A stretch of 64,000 bases of DNA from Xanthobacteraceae bacterium (GTDB lineage Bacteria; Pseudomonadota; Alphaproteobacteria; Rhizobiales; Xanthobacteraceae). The notes beneath the pieces are model-generated. The model searched no databases, was not told the DNA's origin, and saw only the letters and a list, made by a program, of their open reading frames with translations. The position numbers and the translations under genes are program-made. The stretch spans positions 120,920 to 184,919 of the forward strand of contig JARLIY010000171.1 of assembly GCA_031291475.1 (NCBI GenBank). Direction: 5' to 3'. Positions 17,409 through 27,501 of the stretch are shown here, one piece after another. The stretch's first letter is position 1. Every line of letters starts with the position of its first letter.

Positions 17409-19760
17409 ATGACCAAGTTCGGCATCGGACAGGCGGTACGGCGGGTCGAGGATCAGCGCTTCGCCACCGGCAGCGGCCAGTATGTCGGCGACTTCGAGCT
17501 TGCGCGCCAATGCTACGGCGTGGCGGTGCTCTCGCCCCACGCCCATGCGGCGATCAGATCGATCGATGTGCGCGCCGCCAAGGCTGCGCCGGGGGTCGTG
17601 TGCGTGCTTACCGGAGCCGATGCGGAGGCCGATAAGATCGGCGGCATCCCGCCGTTTTTCATGCCCGAATCCTGGGGCGGACCGAAAGGATTTCCGACCA
17701 CGCGTCCGGTGCTGCTCGCCGACCGCGTCCGCTGCGTCGGCGACCGCGTGGCCTTTATCGTCGCCGAGACCGAGGCGCAGGCGCGCGACGCCACCGAACG
17801 CGTCGTCGTGGACTACGAGTTGCTTCCCGCGCTCATCGACGTCGAACAGGCGGCCAAGCCGCAGGAGCCGAAAATCTGGGACGATTGTCCGAACGGCAAT
17901 ATCGGGGTCACGATCGCATTCGGTGACAAGGCCGCCACCGACGCCGCGTTCGCGGCCGCCAAATACGTCGCCTCCCTGCGCCTCGTGAACAACCGCGTCA
18001 CGGCCAATCCGATCGAGCCGCGTTGTGCGCTTGGCGGCTACGACGCCGCGGACGGCAAATACACGCTCTACACCACCTCGCAGGATCCGCACAGCGTACG
18101 CACCGCGCTGTCCGCTTTCGTGCTGCATGTCCCGGAATCGAAGATCAGGGTGATTTCGCCCGATGTCGGCGGCGGCTTTGGCATGAAGGCGAATATCTAT
18201 CCTGATGACGTTCTCGTCCTCTGGGCGGCAAAGCGCTGCGGGCGCCCGGTCAAATGGACCGCGACCCGCAGCGAAAGCCTGCTCTGCGACAATCACGCCC
18301 GCGATCAGGTCGTCTATGGCGAGCTCTGCCTCGACGCGAACGGCAAGTTTCTCGCCATCAGATCCAAAGCCTACCAGGCGCTCGGCGCCTATTGGTGGGG
18401 GGCGGCGACCGCACCGCTGTTCTGGTCGTTGATGTTCATCCCCAGTCTCTACGATGTGCAGACCATCGATATCAGCACCAGCGCCGTGTTCACCAACACC
18501 GCGCCGACGTCGGTCTATCGCGGCGCCGGCCGGCCCGAGGCGATCTATCTCATCGAGCGCCTGATCGAGCGTGCGGCGCAGGTAACGGGCATCGACCGGG
18601 TCGAACTGCGGCGGCGCAATCTCATCAAGCCCGACGCGCTGCCGTATCACACGCCGACCCATCACAGTTACGACAGCGGCGAATTCGAAAAAATGATGGA
18701 CAAATGCCTGGCGCTTTCCGACTGGGACGGCTTTGCCGCGCGGCGCAAGGCGAGCGAGCGTCAGGGCAAGCTGCGCGGGCGCGCGGTGACGCCCTATATC
18801 GAGCTCGGTGGCATCCTCAACGAACGCATGGAGCTGCGCTTCGATCCCGGCGGCATGGTGACGATCATCGCTGGCACCCATTCGCACGGCCAGGGGCACG
18901 CCACCGCATTTGCGCAGCTCGTGGCCGAATGGCTCGGGGTGCCGTTCGAGGCGATCAACTACATCCAGGGCGATACCGACAAGGTGACGTTCGGGCGCGG
19001 TACGTTTGCGGCACGCAGCTCGCTGGTCGGCGGCAACGCTTTGCGCGTCGCCGCCGACGCGGTGATCGCGCGCGGCAGAGAAATGGCCGGCGCGCTGATG
19101 GAGGCGGCGCCCGCCGACATCGAGTTCAAGGCCGGAACCTACACGGTGGTGGGGACCGACAAGCGCATGTCGATCGCCGACGTGGCCCGCGCTTTCTTTG
19201 CGCCCGTAGGTCCGGTCTTGAAGCTCGGTCTCGGGCTCGACGGCGTCGGCACGTATTCGGGCCGGCCGGGCGGTGCGCCCAATTATCCGAACGGTTGCCA
19301 AGCCTGCGAAGTCGAAGTCGATCCGGAAACCGGCACGGTCCGCATCGACCGCTTCGCCGCCGTCGACGATCTCGGCATGGTGATCAATCCGTCGATCTGC
19401 GAAGGGCAGATTCACGGCGGCATTGCCCAGGGAGTCGGGCAGGCCTTGCTCGAAAACGTCGTCTACGATGGATCCGGTCAATTGCTGACCGGCAGCTTCC
19501 TCGATTACGGCATGCCCCGCGCAGCCGACTTCCCGCTGATCCAGTCCGAGCTGGTGGAGATTCCGGCCACGACGAATCCGCTCGGCATCAAGGCCATCGG
19601 CGAGGCGGGAACGATCGCCGCGCCGCCGACGGTAGTCAATGCCGTGCTCGACGCGCTGGCGGCCTTCGGCGTCGAGCATATCGACATGCCACTGACGCCG
19701 GCGCGCGTCTGGCAGGCGACCAATGCCGGCGCGAAAGCGAACGGAAAGCAAAAAGGATAG
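17409..19760 (+). CDS. Second orphan CoxL/xanthine dehydrogenase-family molybdopterin large subunit (motif VYRGAGR)
   Basis: MTKFGIGQAVRRVEDQRFATGSGQYVGDF is paralogous along its length to 982-3318. Start set at ATG 17409; the upstream track extension has no homology. Confidence 0.85.
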   Translation: MTKFGIGQAVRRVEDQRFATGSGQYVGDFELARQCYGVAVLSPHAHAAIRSIDVRAAKAAPGVVCVLTGADAEADKIGGIPPFFMPESWGGPKGFPTTRPVLLADRVRCVGDRVAFIVAETEAQARDATERVVVDYELLPALIDVEQAAKPQEPKIWDDCPNGNIGVTIAFGDKAATDAAFAAAKYVASLRLVNNRVTANPIEPRCALGGYDAADGKYTLYTTSQDPHSVRTALSAFVLHVPESKIRVISPDVGGGFGMKANIYPDDVLVLWAAKRCGRPVKWTATRSESLLCDNHARDQVVYGELCLDANGKFLAIRSKAYQALGAYWWGAATAPLFWSLMFIPSLYDVQTIDISTSAVFTNTAPTSVYRGAGRPEAIYLIERLIERAAQVTGIDRVELRRRNLIKPDALPYHTPTHHSYDSGEFEKMMDKCLALSDWDGFAARRKASERQGKLRGRAVTPYIELGGILNERMELRFDPGGMVTIIAGTHSHGQGHATAFAQLVAEWLGVPFEAINYIQGDTDKVTFGRGTFAARSSLVGGNALRVAADAVIARGREMAGALMEAAPADIEFKAGTYTVVGTDKRMSIADVARAFFAPVGPVLKLGLGLDGVGTYSGRPGGAPNYPNGCQACEVEVDPETGTVRIDRFAAVDDLGMVINPSICEGQIHGGIAQGVGQALLENVVYDGSGQLLTGSFLDYGMPRAADFPLIQSELVEIPATTNPLGIKAIGEAGTIAAPPTVVNAVLDALAAFGVEHIDMPLTPARVWQATNAGAKANGKQKG

Positions 19761-19767
19761 CCTGCGC

Positions 19768-20730
19768 ATGACTCCACACGCTCCGTCGACGCGGCCAAGC
19801 ACGACGCGCAGACGCGCAAAGCCCGTCATCCGCGAACACCGGATTCCGACGCGCGACAGCAAGCCTTACATCGCCGTCGAGGGACCCGACGGAAACTTGT
19901 GGTTCTGCGAAAGCGGCGCTTCGCAGATCGGCTGCTTCGATCCGCGCGCCGGCAGCTTCCGCGAATTCGCGCTGCCCGCACCCAATTCCACGCCGATCGG
20001 CATCGCGGTCGGCGCCGACGGCAATCTTTGGTTCGCCGAGAAGACCGGCAACCGCATCGGTCGCATCGGCCGCAACGGCGCCATCGCCGAATTCGCCCTG
20101 CCGACCGCCAACGCCGGTCCTGACGGGATCGCGCTTGGGCCCGATGGCAATGTCTGGTTTTCCGAAGGCGATGCCGACCGGATCGGCCGCATCACTCCGC
20201 AGGGCCGCGTCACCGAGTTTGCCACTGGCATTACGCCTGGAAGCCGCCCGCTTTCCATCGTCGTGCGCGACGGCGCGCTCTGGTTCAGCCAAGCCGGTGC
20301 TGGCCGCATCGGTCGCGTCACAATCGATGGCGAAGTCACCGAATTTCCCATCCCAAGTCCCGACAGCGCGCCGCGCGCCATGGCGCTGCATCCGGACGGC
20401 GGCATCTGGTTTGTCGATACCGGCGCCAACGCCGTCGGCCGCATCACCGGCGACGGCACCGTCGTCGAATTCGCGGTTCCGACGCCGGACGCGTCGGTGC
20501 GCGGCATCGCCGTAACGGCCGACGGCGACGTCTGGTTCACTGAAAATTTTTCTAACAAAATCGGTCGAATGGACGCGAACGGCGCCGTGATCGGCGAATA
20601 TGACATTCCCACACCAGGCAGTGGCGCGCGCTGCATCACTGCCGCGTCCGACGGCCGCCTGTTTTTTACCCAATATGACGCCGGCCTGATCGGCGAGATC
20701 ATCCCGGAGTGGACTGTGAACGGCGCGTGA
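19768..20730 (+). CDS. Virginiamycin B lyase (Vgb)-like seven-bladed beta-propeller protein
   Basis: Seven repeats of the (G)PDGxxWFxE type (GPDGNLWFCE, GADGNLWFAE, GPDGNVWFSE, RDGALWFSQ, HPDGGIWFVD, TADGDVWFTE, SDGRLFFTQ). Starts 8 nt after the CoxL-like stop. Confidence 0.7.
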   Translation: MTPHAPSTRPSTTRRRAKPVIREHRIPTRDSKPYIAVEGPDGNLWFCESGASQIGCFDPRAGSFREFALPAPNSTPIGIAVGADGNLWFAEKTGNRIGRIGRNGAIAEFALPTANAGPDGIALGPDGNVWFSEGDADRIGRITPQGRVTEFATGITPGSRPLSIVVRDGALWFSQAGAGRIGRVTIDGEVTEFPIPSPDSAPRAMALHPDGGIWFVDTGANAVGRITGDGTVVEFAVPTPDASVRGIAVTADGDVWFTENFSNKIGRMDANGAVIGEYDIPTPGSGARCITAASDGRLFFTQYDAGLIGEIIPEWTVNGA

Positions 20731-20951
20731 CACTGAAACCGGCGAGTGGCGCGGCGGCGCCATGGGCTCGGCGCGCCCTTGCGAACAAGGCGAGTTCTCG
20801 CTAAATAGGCGGGATCGAGTTTTCGGCCGAACGACTAGGCCACGCAGCGACGAAAACCGCGCCTGACTGACGATCTTTCACCAAAATCTCGAGCGAACCG
20901 GGCCGTGCATCTCGCGCGGCTCATAGTCTTGATTCTAAGCAGGAGTGTCCC

Positions 20952-21161
20952 GTGAGCAACGGAACAGTGAAGTGGTTCAACGCACAGAAGGGCTATGGAT
21001 TCATCCAACCCGACGGCGGCGGCAAGGATGTCTTCGTTCATATCAGCGCCGTCGAGCGCGCCGGACTGCGTGAACTGCGGGAAGGCCAGAAAGTCGCGTT
21101 CGAGGTCGTGGTGGACCGCAAGACCGGTAAATCGGCCGCCGAGAATTTGAAGACCGTCTAA
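20952..21161 (+). CDS. cspA: Cold-shock protein, CspA family
   Basis: [18 protein letters not shown] / [11 protein letters not shown] motifs; GTG start; long 5' leader. Confidence 0.93.
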   Translation: MSNGTVKWFNAQKGYGFIQPDGGGKDVFVHISAVERAGLRELREGQKVAFEVVVDRKTGKSAAENLKTV

Positions 21162-21173
21162 CCGGACTACGGC

Positions 21174-21204
21174 GAGACCGCTTGGCGGTCTCGTCTCCAG
21201 TTTT
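21174..21204 (+). terminator. cspA terminator
   Basis: Hairpin gagaccgc-ttg-gcggtctc followed by a T-rich tail. Confidence 0.6.
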
Positions 21205-21231
21205 ATCTTCCTGCGATGGCGATCCGGCCGG

Positions 21232-21690
21232 TTACTTGTAGTAGCCGACGCCGCAGCCGAGGTCGCCTATTCGAGTCACGAAGGATTCCTTTGGGACCGG
21301 CTCGATTGTTCCCGGTTTGGGAAAAACGTAATCCACGGTGGCAATGCCCGCGCCCTTGGCGGCATCAAATAATCTTTGTCCGATCGGGTCGTCCTTGAAC
21401 CTGAAGGCGCGCACATCCGTGCCCATGAGCGCGGGGTTTGGATGCGCCAGCGTGTTGCCGGTGGTGGCGTTGAAGCAGAAAACATAAAGATCGTTTTCGT
21501 GGAATTGTTTGTTGCTCTTGTCGTTGAATTCGCTCAGTGCATTTGCCTGGTCGGCCTTGAGCGCAACGACGGCGCGTTCAAGCATCGCCTTGGCTTCGTG
21601 AGCCGTGCCCAATTGCTGGGCGCCGGCCGACAAGGCGCTCCATAACAGCGCCAGCGCCGCGATCGCGGACGCCGCCGTCAGTTTGTGCAT
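21232..21690 (-). CDS. Secreted single-Cache-domain protein
   Basis: Signal peptide MHKLTAASAIAALALLWSALSAGA; LYVFCFN...GNTLAHP...DYVFPKPG is typical of the sCache_2 fold. Start set at ATG 21690. Confidence 0.6.
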   Translation of the reverse strand: MHKLTAASAIAALALLWSALSAGAQQLGTAHEAKAMLERAVVALKADQANALSEFNDKSNKQFHENDLYVFCFNATTGNTLAHPNPALMGTDVRAFRFKDDPIGQRLFDAAKGAGIATVDYVFPKPGTIEPVPKESFVTRIGDLGCGVGYYK

Positions 21691-21850
21691 GATGGTTCCC
21701 CACGGACAGGCCGCTTGCGTCATCGCGCGGCTCTTGGATTCGCACGGCCAATAAGCACGAATGGCGGCTCGTTTATGCGTGCACCATCGCGGTTTTGATG
21801 TGCAAAATTGAACACCTGCGCGCCGGGCCTTTGAGGCTCGTTCGCCTGCG

Positions 21851-23170
21851 TCAGTGCACGGCGGAAAGCCCGGGAAGGCTGATCCCCAGCGTCTGCACGA
21901 TGAGGAAGATATTGAGCAGCAAAACCACGGCGGTGCCGACCAGCGCCGCGATGCGGGTCAGGCGGCCATTGACGAAGGCGCCCATGATGTCGCGCCTGCC
22001 AGTGAAAATGATGAGCGCGATCATCGGTAGCGGCAGCGCGATGCTGAGCACGACCTGGCTGACCACCAGCGCACTGGTCGCGTTGACGCCGATCGCCACG
22101 ACGACGAAAGCCGGCACCATGGTGACCAGCCGGCGCACCCAGACCGGGATGCGAAAACCAACGAAACCTTGCATGATCATCTGGCCGGCCATCGTCCCCA
22201 CCGTCGAGCTCGACACGCCCGACGCAATGAGCGAAAGCAAAAACACTCCGGCCGCTCCGACGCCAAGCAGCGGGGTCAGCGTGTGATAGGCCGTCTGGAT
22301 TTCGGCGACCTCGGGATGGCCGGCGTGAAACGCGCCTGAGGCCATCATCACCATAGCCATGTTGATGAGGCCGGCGATGGCCAGCGCGACGATGACCTCC
22401 TGATTCGAAAAACGCAGCACTTTGCGTCGCTCGTCGTCGTTGCGGACCGGCATGCGCGCTTGCGTCAGGCCGGAATGCAGATAGACCGCGTGCGGCATCA
22501 CGGTCGCACCGATGATGCCTACCGACAAGAGTAGCGCCTCGGCATCGGCAATCTGCGGCGTGAAGCTATGGAAGGCCGCCGACGCCCAATCGACCGGAAC
22601 GATGAACAACTCGGCGAGATAGCAAAGACCGATCAGGCTCACCATGGCGCCGATGATCAGCTCGAGCGGCCGGAAGCCGAAACGTTCGGACATCAGCAGA
22701 CCGTAGGTGACGACCGCGGTGACGCCCATGCCGGCAACCAGTGGCATCTGGAACAGCAGCGAGAGTCCGATGGCGCCGCCGAGAAACTCGGCGAGATCGG
22801 TCGCCATGGCGGCGATTTCACTGACGATCCACATCACCCAAACGATCGGCTGCGGAAAGTGGTCGCGGCACAGTTCCGCGAGATTGCGCCCGGTGACGAT
22901 GCCGAGCTTGGCGGAGAGCGCCTGAAGCAACATCGCGATCAGATTGGCGAGCAACACCACCCAGAGCAGGCTGTAGCCGTACTTCGCTCCCGCCTGGATA
23001 TTGGTGGCGAAATTACCCGGGTCCATGTAGGCGATCGAGGCGATGACCGCGGGGCCGGCGAACACCGCGTAAGCGCGCACGCCGCCGCGCTGTCCGTCCA
23101 GCACCTGCCGTGCCGTGGCCACGGCGCGTTCTGATAGCGATCCTCTATGCCGGTCGGTCAGATTAGTCAT
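21851..23170 (-). CDS. mntH: Nramp-family Mn2+/Fe2+:H+ symporter
   Basis: IAYMDPGNFATNIQAGA motif, about 11 TM segments, adjacent to the Mn regulator. Confidence 0.92.
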   Translation of the reverse strand: MTNLTDRHRGSLSERAVATARQVLDGQRGGVRAYAVFAGPAVIASIAYMDPGNFATNIQAGAKYGYSLLWVVLLANLIAMLLQALSAKLGIVTGRNLAELCRDHFPQPIVWVMWIVSEIAAMATDLAEFLGGAIGLSLLFQMPLVAGMGVTAVVTYGLLMSERFGFRPLELIIGAMVSLIGLCYLAELFIVPVDWASAAFHSFTPQIADAEALLLSVGIIGATVMPHAVYLHSGLTQARMPVRNDDERRKVLRFSNQEVIVALAIAGLINMAMVMMASGAFHAGHPEVAEIQTAYHTLTPLLGVGAAGVFLLSLIASGVSSSTVGTMAGQMIMQGFVGFRIPVWVRRLVTMVPAFVVVAIGVNATSALVVSQVVLSIALPLPMIALIIFTGRRDIMGAFVNGRLTRIAALVGTAVVLLLNIFLIVQTLGISLPGLSAVH

Positions 23171-23194
23171 CGCGGCCGATATGAAGCACTTACT

Positions 23195-23220
23195 GAAAAT
23201 TGTAGCATCAATTACATTTT
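23195..23220. promoter_or_regulatory. Degenerate MntR-box-like site (shares the aaaat(t)gtagcatc half-site)
   Basis: aaaattgtagcatcaattacatttta lies in the AT-rich divergent mntH/mntR intergenic region. Confidence 0.45.
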
Positions 23221-23251
23221 ATGGCGGCATGCCGATTGCGTCAATGGTTAC

Positions 23252-23275
23252 AAAATGTAGCATCGGCTATATTTT
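23252..23275. promoter_or_regulatory. Palindromic operator, probable MntR box
   Basis: AAAATGTAGC-ATCG-GCTATATTTT has 9/10 inverted symmetry. From memory it resembles the enterobacterial MntR site AAACATAGC...GCTATGTTT. Confidence 0.6.
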
Positions 23276-23339
23276 GACACGATCGGAAAAATATGGTCTC
23301 GGCTCGCCGGCCGGATCGGTGCGAAACGTGGCTTTGGCG

Positions 23340-23801
23340 ATGGCGGACACGGCAAGACACAAGGGCGCGGACACTGCGGAAAAGCTCCCCGCGGAAGGCA
23401 CCCAGGCGCGCCGTTTCGGCAAGACTCGCTCGGCGCAGTCGACGGCCCTGCTGGAGGATTACGTCGAGCTGATCGCCGATTTGCTCTCCGGCGCCGGCGA
23501 AGCGCGGCCCACCGACATCGCCCGCCGGCTCGGCGTCTCCCACGCCACCGCGGTGAAGACGATTTCGCGCCTCAAACGCGCCGGCTTGGCCACCGCGCGC
23601 CCGTATCGCGGGGTCTTCCTCACCGAGAAGGGACAAGCGCTGGCCGACCGCGTGCGCGTCCGCCACCGGCTTGTCGTCGACTTGCTCTGCGCGCTCGGCG
23701 TTCCGACCGAGTCCGCCGAAGCCGATGCCGAAGGCATCGAGCACCATGTCTCGGAAATGACGCTGAAGGCGTTTGCCCAGTTCCTCAAATCGCGCGGCTA
23801 G
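23340..23801 (+). CDS. mntR: DtxR-family manganese-responsive transcriptional regulator
   Basis: LEDYVELIADLL...ARPTDIARRLGVSHATAVKTISRLKRAGL...RHRLVVDLL. Start at ATG 23340 is uncertain; GTG 23328 is also possible. Confidence 0.85.
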   Translation: MADTARHKGADTAEKLPAEGTQARRFGKTRSAQSTALLEDYVELIADLLSGAGEARPTDIARRLGVSHATAVKTISRLKRAGLATARPYRGVFLTEKGQALADRVRVRHRLVVDLLCALGVPTESAEADAEGIEHHVSEMTLKAFAQFLKSRG

Positions 23802-23810
23802 ACCTGGGTC

Positions 23811-25157
<1,347 letters not shown>

Positions 25158-25278
25158 GTTCCCCCACCGCCTTAGTCAGGCGGGATATTAACGCGTTCGG
25201 GGTGATATCTGCCTCAAATAATATTCAATAATCTTACCGGCGCGGGTAACCCTTTCTCCATCCTGCTGCCGCGAAATC

Positions 25279-25553
25279 TTAAGCCAAATCAATGGCCTGG
25301 AGTCGACTGCCGCCCCGCATCGGCCGGCATTCAAGGGTTGTGCTTGTCGCGCTTGCTGGGCGGCGGCTGGGTGACGACACCGGATTGGATCCGGGAAACG
25401 TGTCCTCCAAGCCGCGGTCGAGCGTGTCGTCGAGCGCCTCCTTGCGCGCTTTTCCGGCGTCCCTCGATACTTGCCGGGGTGGTCCTTGTCGTCGCGCTCA
25501 AACGCGCCGTGATCGGGTTGCAGCCACCGGTTCCGGTCCCATTCGTCCATCAT
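25279..25553 (-). pseudogene. Possible small acidic protein split by a frameshift (low confidence)
   Basis: Frame 1 reads MMDEWDRNRWLQPDHGAFERDDKDHPGKYRGTPEKRA. The adjacent frame continues KEALDDTLDRGLEDTFPGSNPVS... to TAA 25279-25281 and has no start codon of its own. Confidence 0.3.
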
Positions 25554-25682
25554 GGTGCTCTCCCGATGTCTGAATTGTCGTGACACACAGTAAACTCGCC
25601 ACGCGGCGCCCCTGTTCCGCCGGCGCGGAAGTACGACAGACTTTGTGCTATTCGAAAGGGGCGTGAAAGCCGGGGGGTTGCC

Positions 25683-26822
25683 ATGAAAACAATGACCTGC
25701 ATCGAGGACCTGCGACAGGCCGGGCGACGCCGCGTGCCGCGCATGTTCTTCGATTATGCCGAGAGCGGCTCCTATGCCGAAGAGACGCTCCGCGCCAACC
25801 GCGCCGATCTCGAGCGCGTCACGCTGCGCCAGCGGATACTGGTCGATGTCTCCGGCCGCAGCACCGCGACCACGATCCTCGGTGAACCGGTTTCATTGCC
25901 GCTTGCTCTGGCGCCGATCGGGCTGTGCGGTATGCAGCGCGGTGACGGCGAAATCTTGGCCTGCCTCGCCGCGCAGGAAGCGGGCATTCCGTTTACGCTT
26001 TCGACCATGTCGATCTGCTCGATCGAGGATGTGGCCGCCGCCGTTGACAAGCCGTTCTGGTTCCAGCTTTACGTGATGAAGGACCGCGGCTTTGTCCGCT
26101 CGCTGATCGAGCGGGCGAAGGCGGTCAAATGCAGTGCGCTCGTGCTCACGCTCGATTTGCAAGTCGGCGGCCAGCGCCATCGCGACATCAAGAACGGCAT
26201 GACCGTGCCGCCGGAAATGCACATCAAAAATCTCATCGACATCGCCACCAAGCCGGCCTGGGTGCTCAGCGCACTGCGCGCCAAGCGCAGAGACTTCGGC
26301 AATCTCTCCGGCCGTGTTCCCGGCATGGAAAACGTCAATACGCTGGGGCGCTGGGTCACCGAGCAATTCGATCCCTCCATGAACTGGAAGGATATTGAAT
26401 GGATTGCCGGCCAATGGGGCGGCAAACTCATCCTCAAAGGCATCATGGACGTCGAGGATGCGCTGATCGCGGCAAAGACCGGCGCGGCTGCGCTGGTGGT
26501 CTCAAACCACGGCGGCCGCCAGCTCGACGGCGCGCCGTCATCGATCTCCGCGTTGCCGGCGATCGCTGAGGCGGTCGGCTCCTCGATCGAGGTCCTGTTC
26601 GACGGCGGCATTCGCTCCGGCCAGGACATCATGCGCGCGATCGCGCTCGGCGCACGCGCCTGCCTCTCCGGCCGCGCCTATATCTACGGGCTCGGCGCCG
26701 GCGGACAGGCTGGTGTCGCGCGCGCCATCGAGATCATGCGGAACGAGCTGAGCACGACGATGGCGCTGACCGGCGTCACCGGGACCGACAAGATCGACCG
26801 GAGCGTAATCGCCGGCCATTGA
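25683..26822 (+). CDS. FMN-dependent alpha-hydroxy-acid dehydrogenase/oxidase (L-lactate dehydrogenase LldD-like)
   Basis: MFFDYAESGSYAEETLRAN..., SNHGGRQLDG, and the typical length of 379 aa. Confidence 0.88.
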   Translation: MKTMTCIEDLRQAGRRRVPRMFFDYAESGSYAEETLRANRADLERVTLRQRILVDVSGRSTATTILGEPVSLPLALAPIGLCGMQRGDGEILACLAAQEAGIPFTLSTMSICSIEDVAAAVDKPFWFQLYVMKDRGFVRSLIERAKAVKCSALVLTLDLQVGGQRHRDIKNGMTVPPEMHIKNLIDIATKPAWVLSALRAKRRDFGNLSGRVPGMENVNTLGRWVTEQFDPSMNWKDIEWIAGQWGGKLILKGIMDVEDALIAAKTGAAALVVSNHGGRQLDGAPSSISALPAIAEAVGSSIEVLFDGGIRSGQDIMRAIALGARACLSGRAYIYGLGAGGQAGVARAIEIMRNELSTTMALTGVTGTDKIDRSVIAGH

Positions 26823-26832
26823 CGGCCGGCCA

Positions 26833-27315
26833 TCATTCTTCCTTGTAGCCGTAGGCCTGCGCGTTGCCGGTCGCGCCGTAATATTTGTACGGCAGGAATT
26901 TCCCCGACATCGTGAGCTTGACGCGATCGCCCTTGGAGTCTGGTTGGCGCTCCATCAGCAGGTCGAAGTCGATCGCCGACATGATGCCGTCGCCAAACTC
27001 CTCCTCGATCAGCGCTTTGAGCGCCGGACCGTTGACCATGACCAGTTCGTAGAAGCGGTAGATCAGCGGATCGGTCGGCGGCATCGGCGTGCCGCGATGC
27101 GGCACCTCGTTGAGCAATGCCTGCTCGCTCTTGCTCAGCCCGAACAGCTCCGCCGCTTTGGCTGCCTGCGGCTTGGTCAGCTTCATCTGCCCGAGCACCG
27201 CGCCGGTGACGAGCAGCGGTGACATGCCGCCGATCTCGCCGCAAATGTGCTTCCAGCTCCATCCCCTCTCGCGCTTGATGCCGAGCATTTTCTCGGTGAG
27301 TTCGGCTCGATTCAT
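26833..27315 (-). CDS. cynS: Cyanase (cyanate hydratase)
   Basis: 160-aa product with C-terminal SAIDFDLLMERQPDSKGDRVKLTMSGKFLPYKYY. Start at ATG 27315 follows GGAGG. The track extension reads through a REP element. Confidence 0.9.
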   Translation of the reverse strand: MNRAELTEKMLGIKRERGWSWKHICGEIGGMSPLLVTGAVLGQMKLTKPQAAKAAELFGLSKSEQALLNEVPHRGTPMPPTDPLIYRFYELVMVNGPALKALIEEEFGDGIMSAIDFDLLMERQPDSKGDRVKLTMSGKFLPYKYYGATGNAQAYGYKEE

Positions 27316-27391
27316 GGACGACCTCCTGCCATCCTGGATTTTACTTGCAATGCTGCAAGGCGGAGCAATTGCCATGCCAAAAGGCCGCAGC

Positions 27392-27433
27392 GTCATTCCG
27401 GGGCGCACCGAAGCGCGAGCCCGGAAATCCATG
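27392..27433. repeat. Single arm of the family-A REP element
   Basis: gtcattccggggcgcaccgaagcgcgagcccggaaatccatg. Confidence 0.7.
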
Positions 27434-27501
27434 TCCACCAATCCGATGGCGGCGAGGCGTACTGCCGATCTGACCTTACGCTGGGAGAGAGATCTTGAAC
27501 T

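Noticed and set aside
17268-19862. 864-aa minus-strand ORF covering the whole second CoxL-like gene
   Set aside because: It is antisense to a gene with strong family motifs. The product is Arg/Gly/Asp/His-rich low-complexity sequence typical of shadow ORFs in ~65% GC DNA. The same reasoning rejects 23820-25175 (antisense to glmM), 58828-60804 (antisense to the MsbA-like gene), 19636-20763 (antisense to vgb-like), 32451-34589, 28206-29078, 30791-31936, 51299-52585 and 46032-47426.
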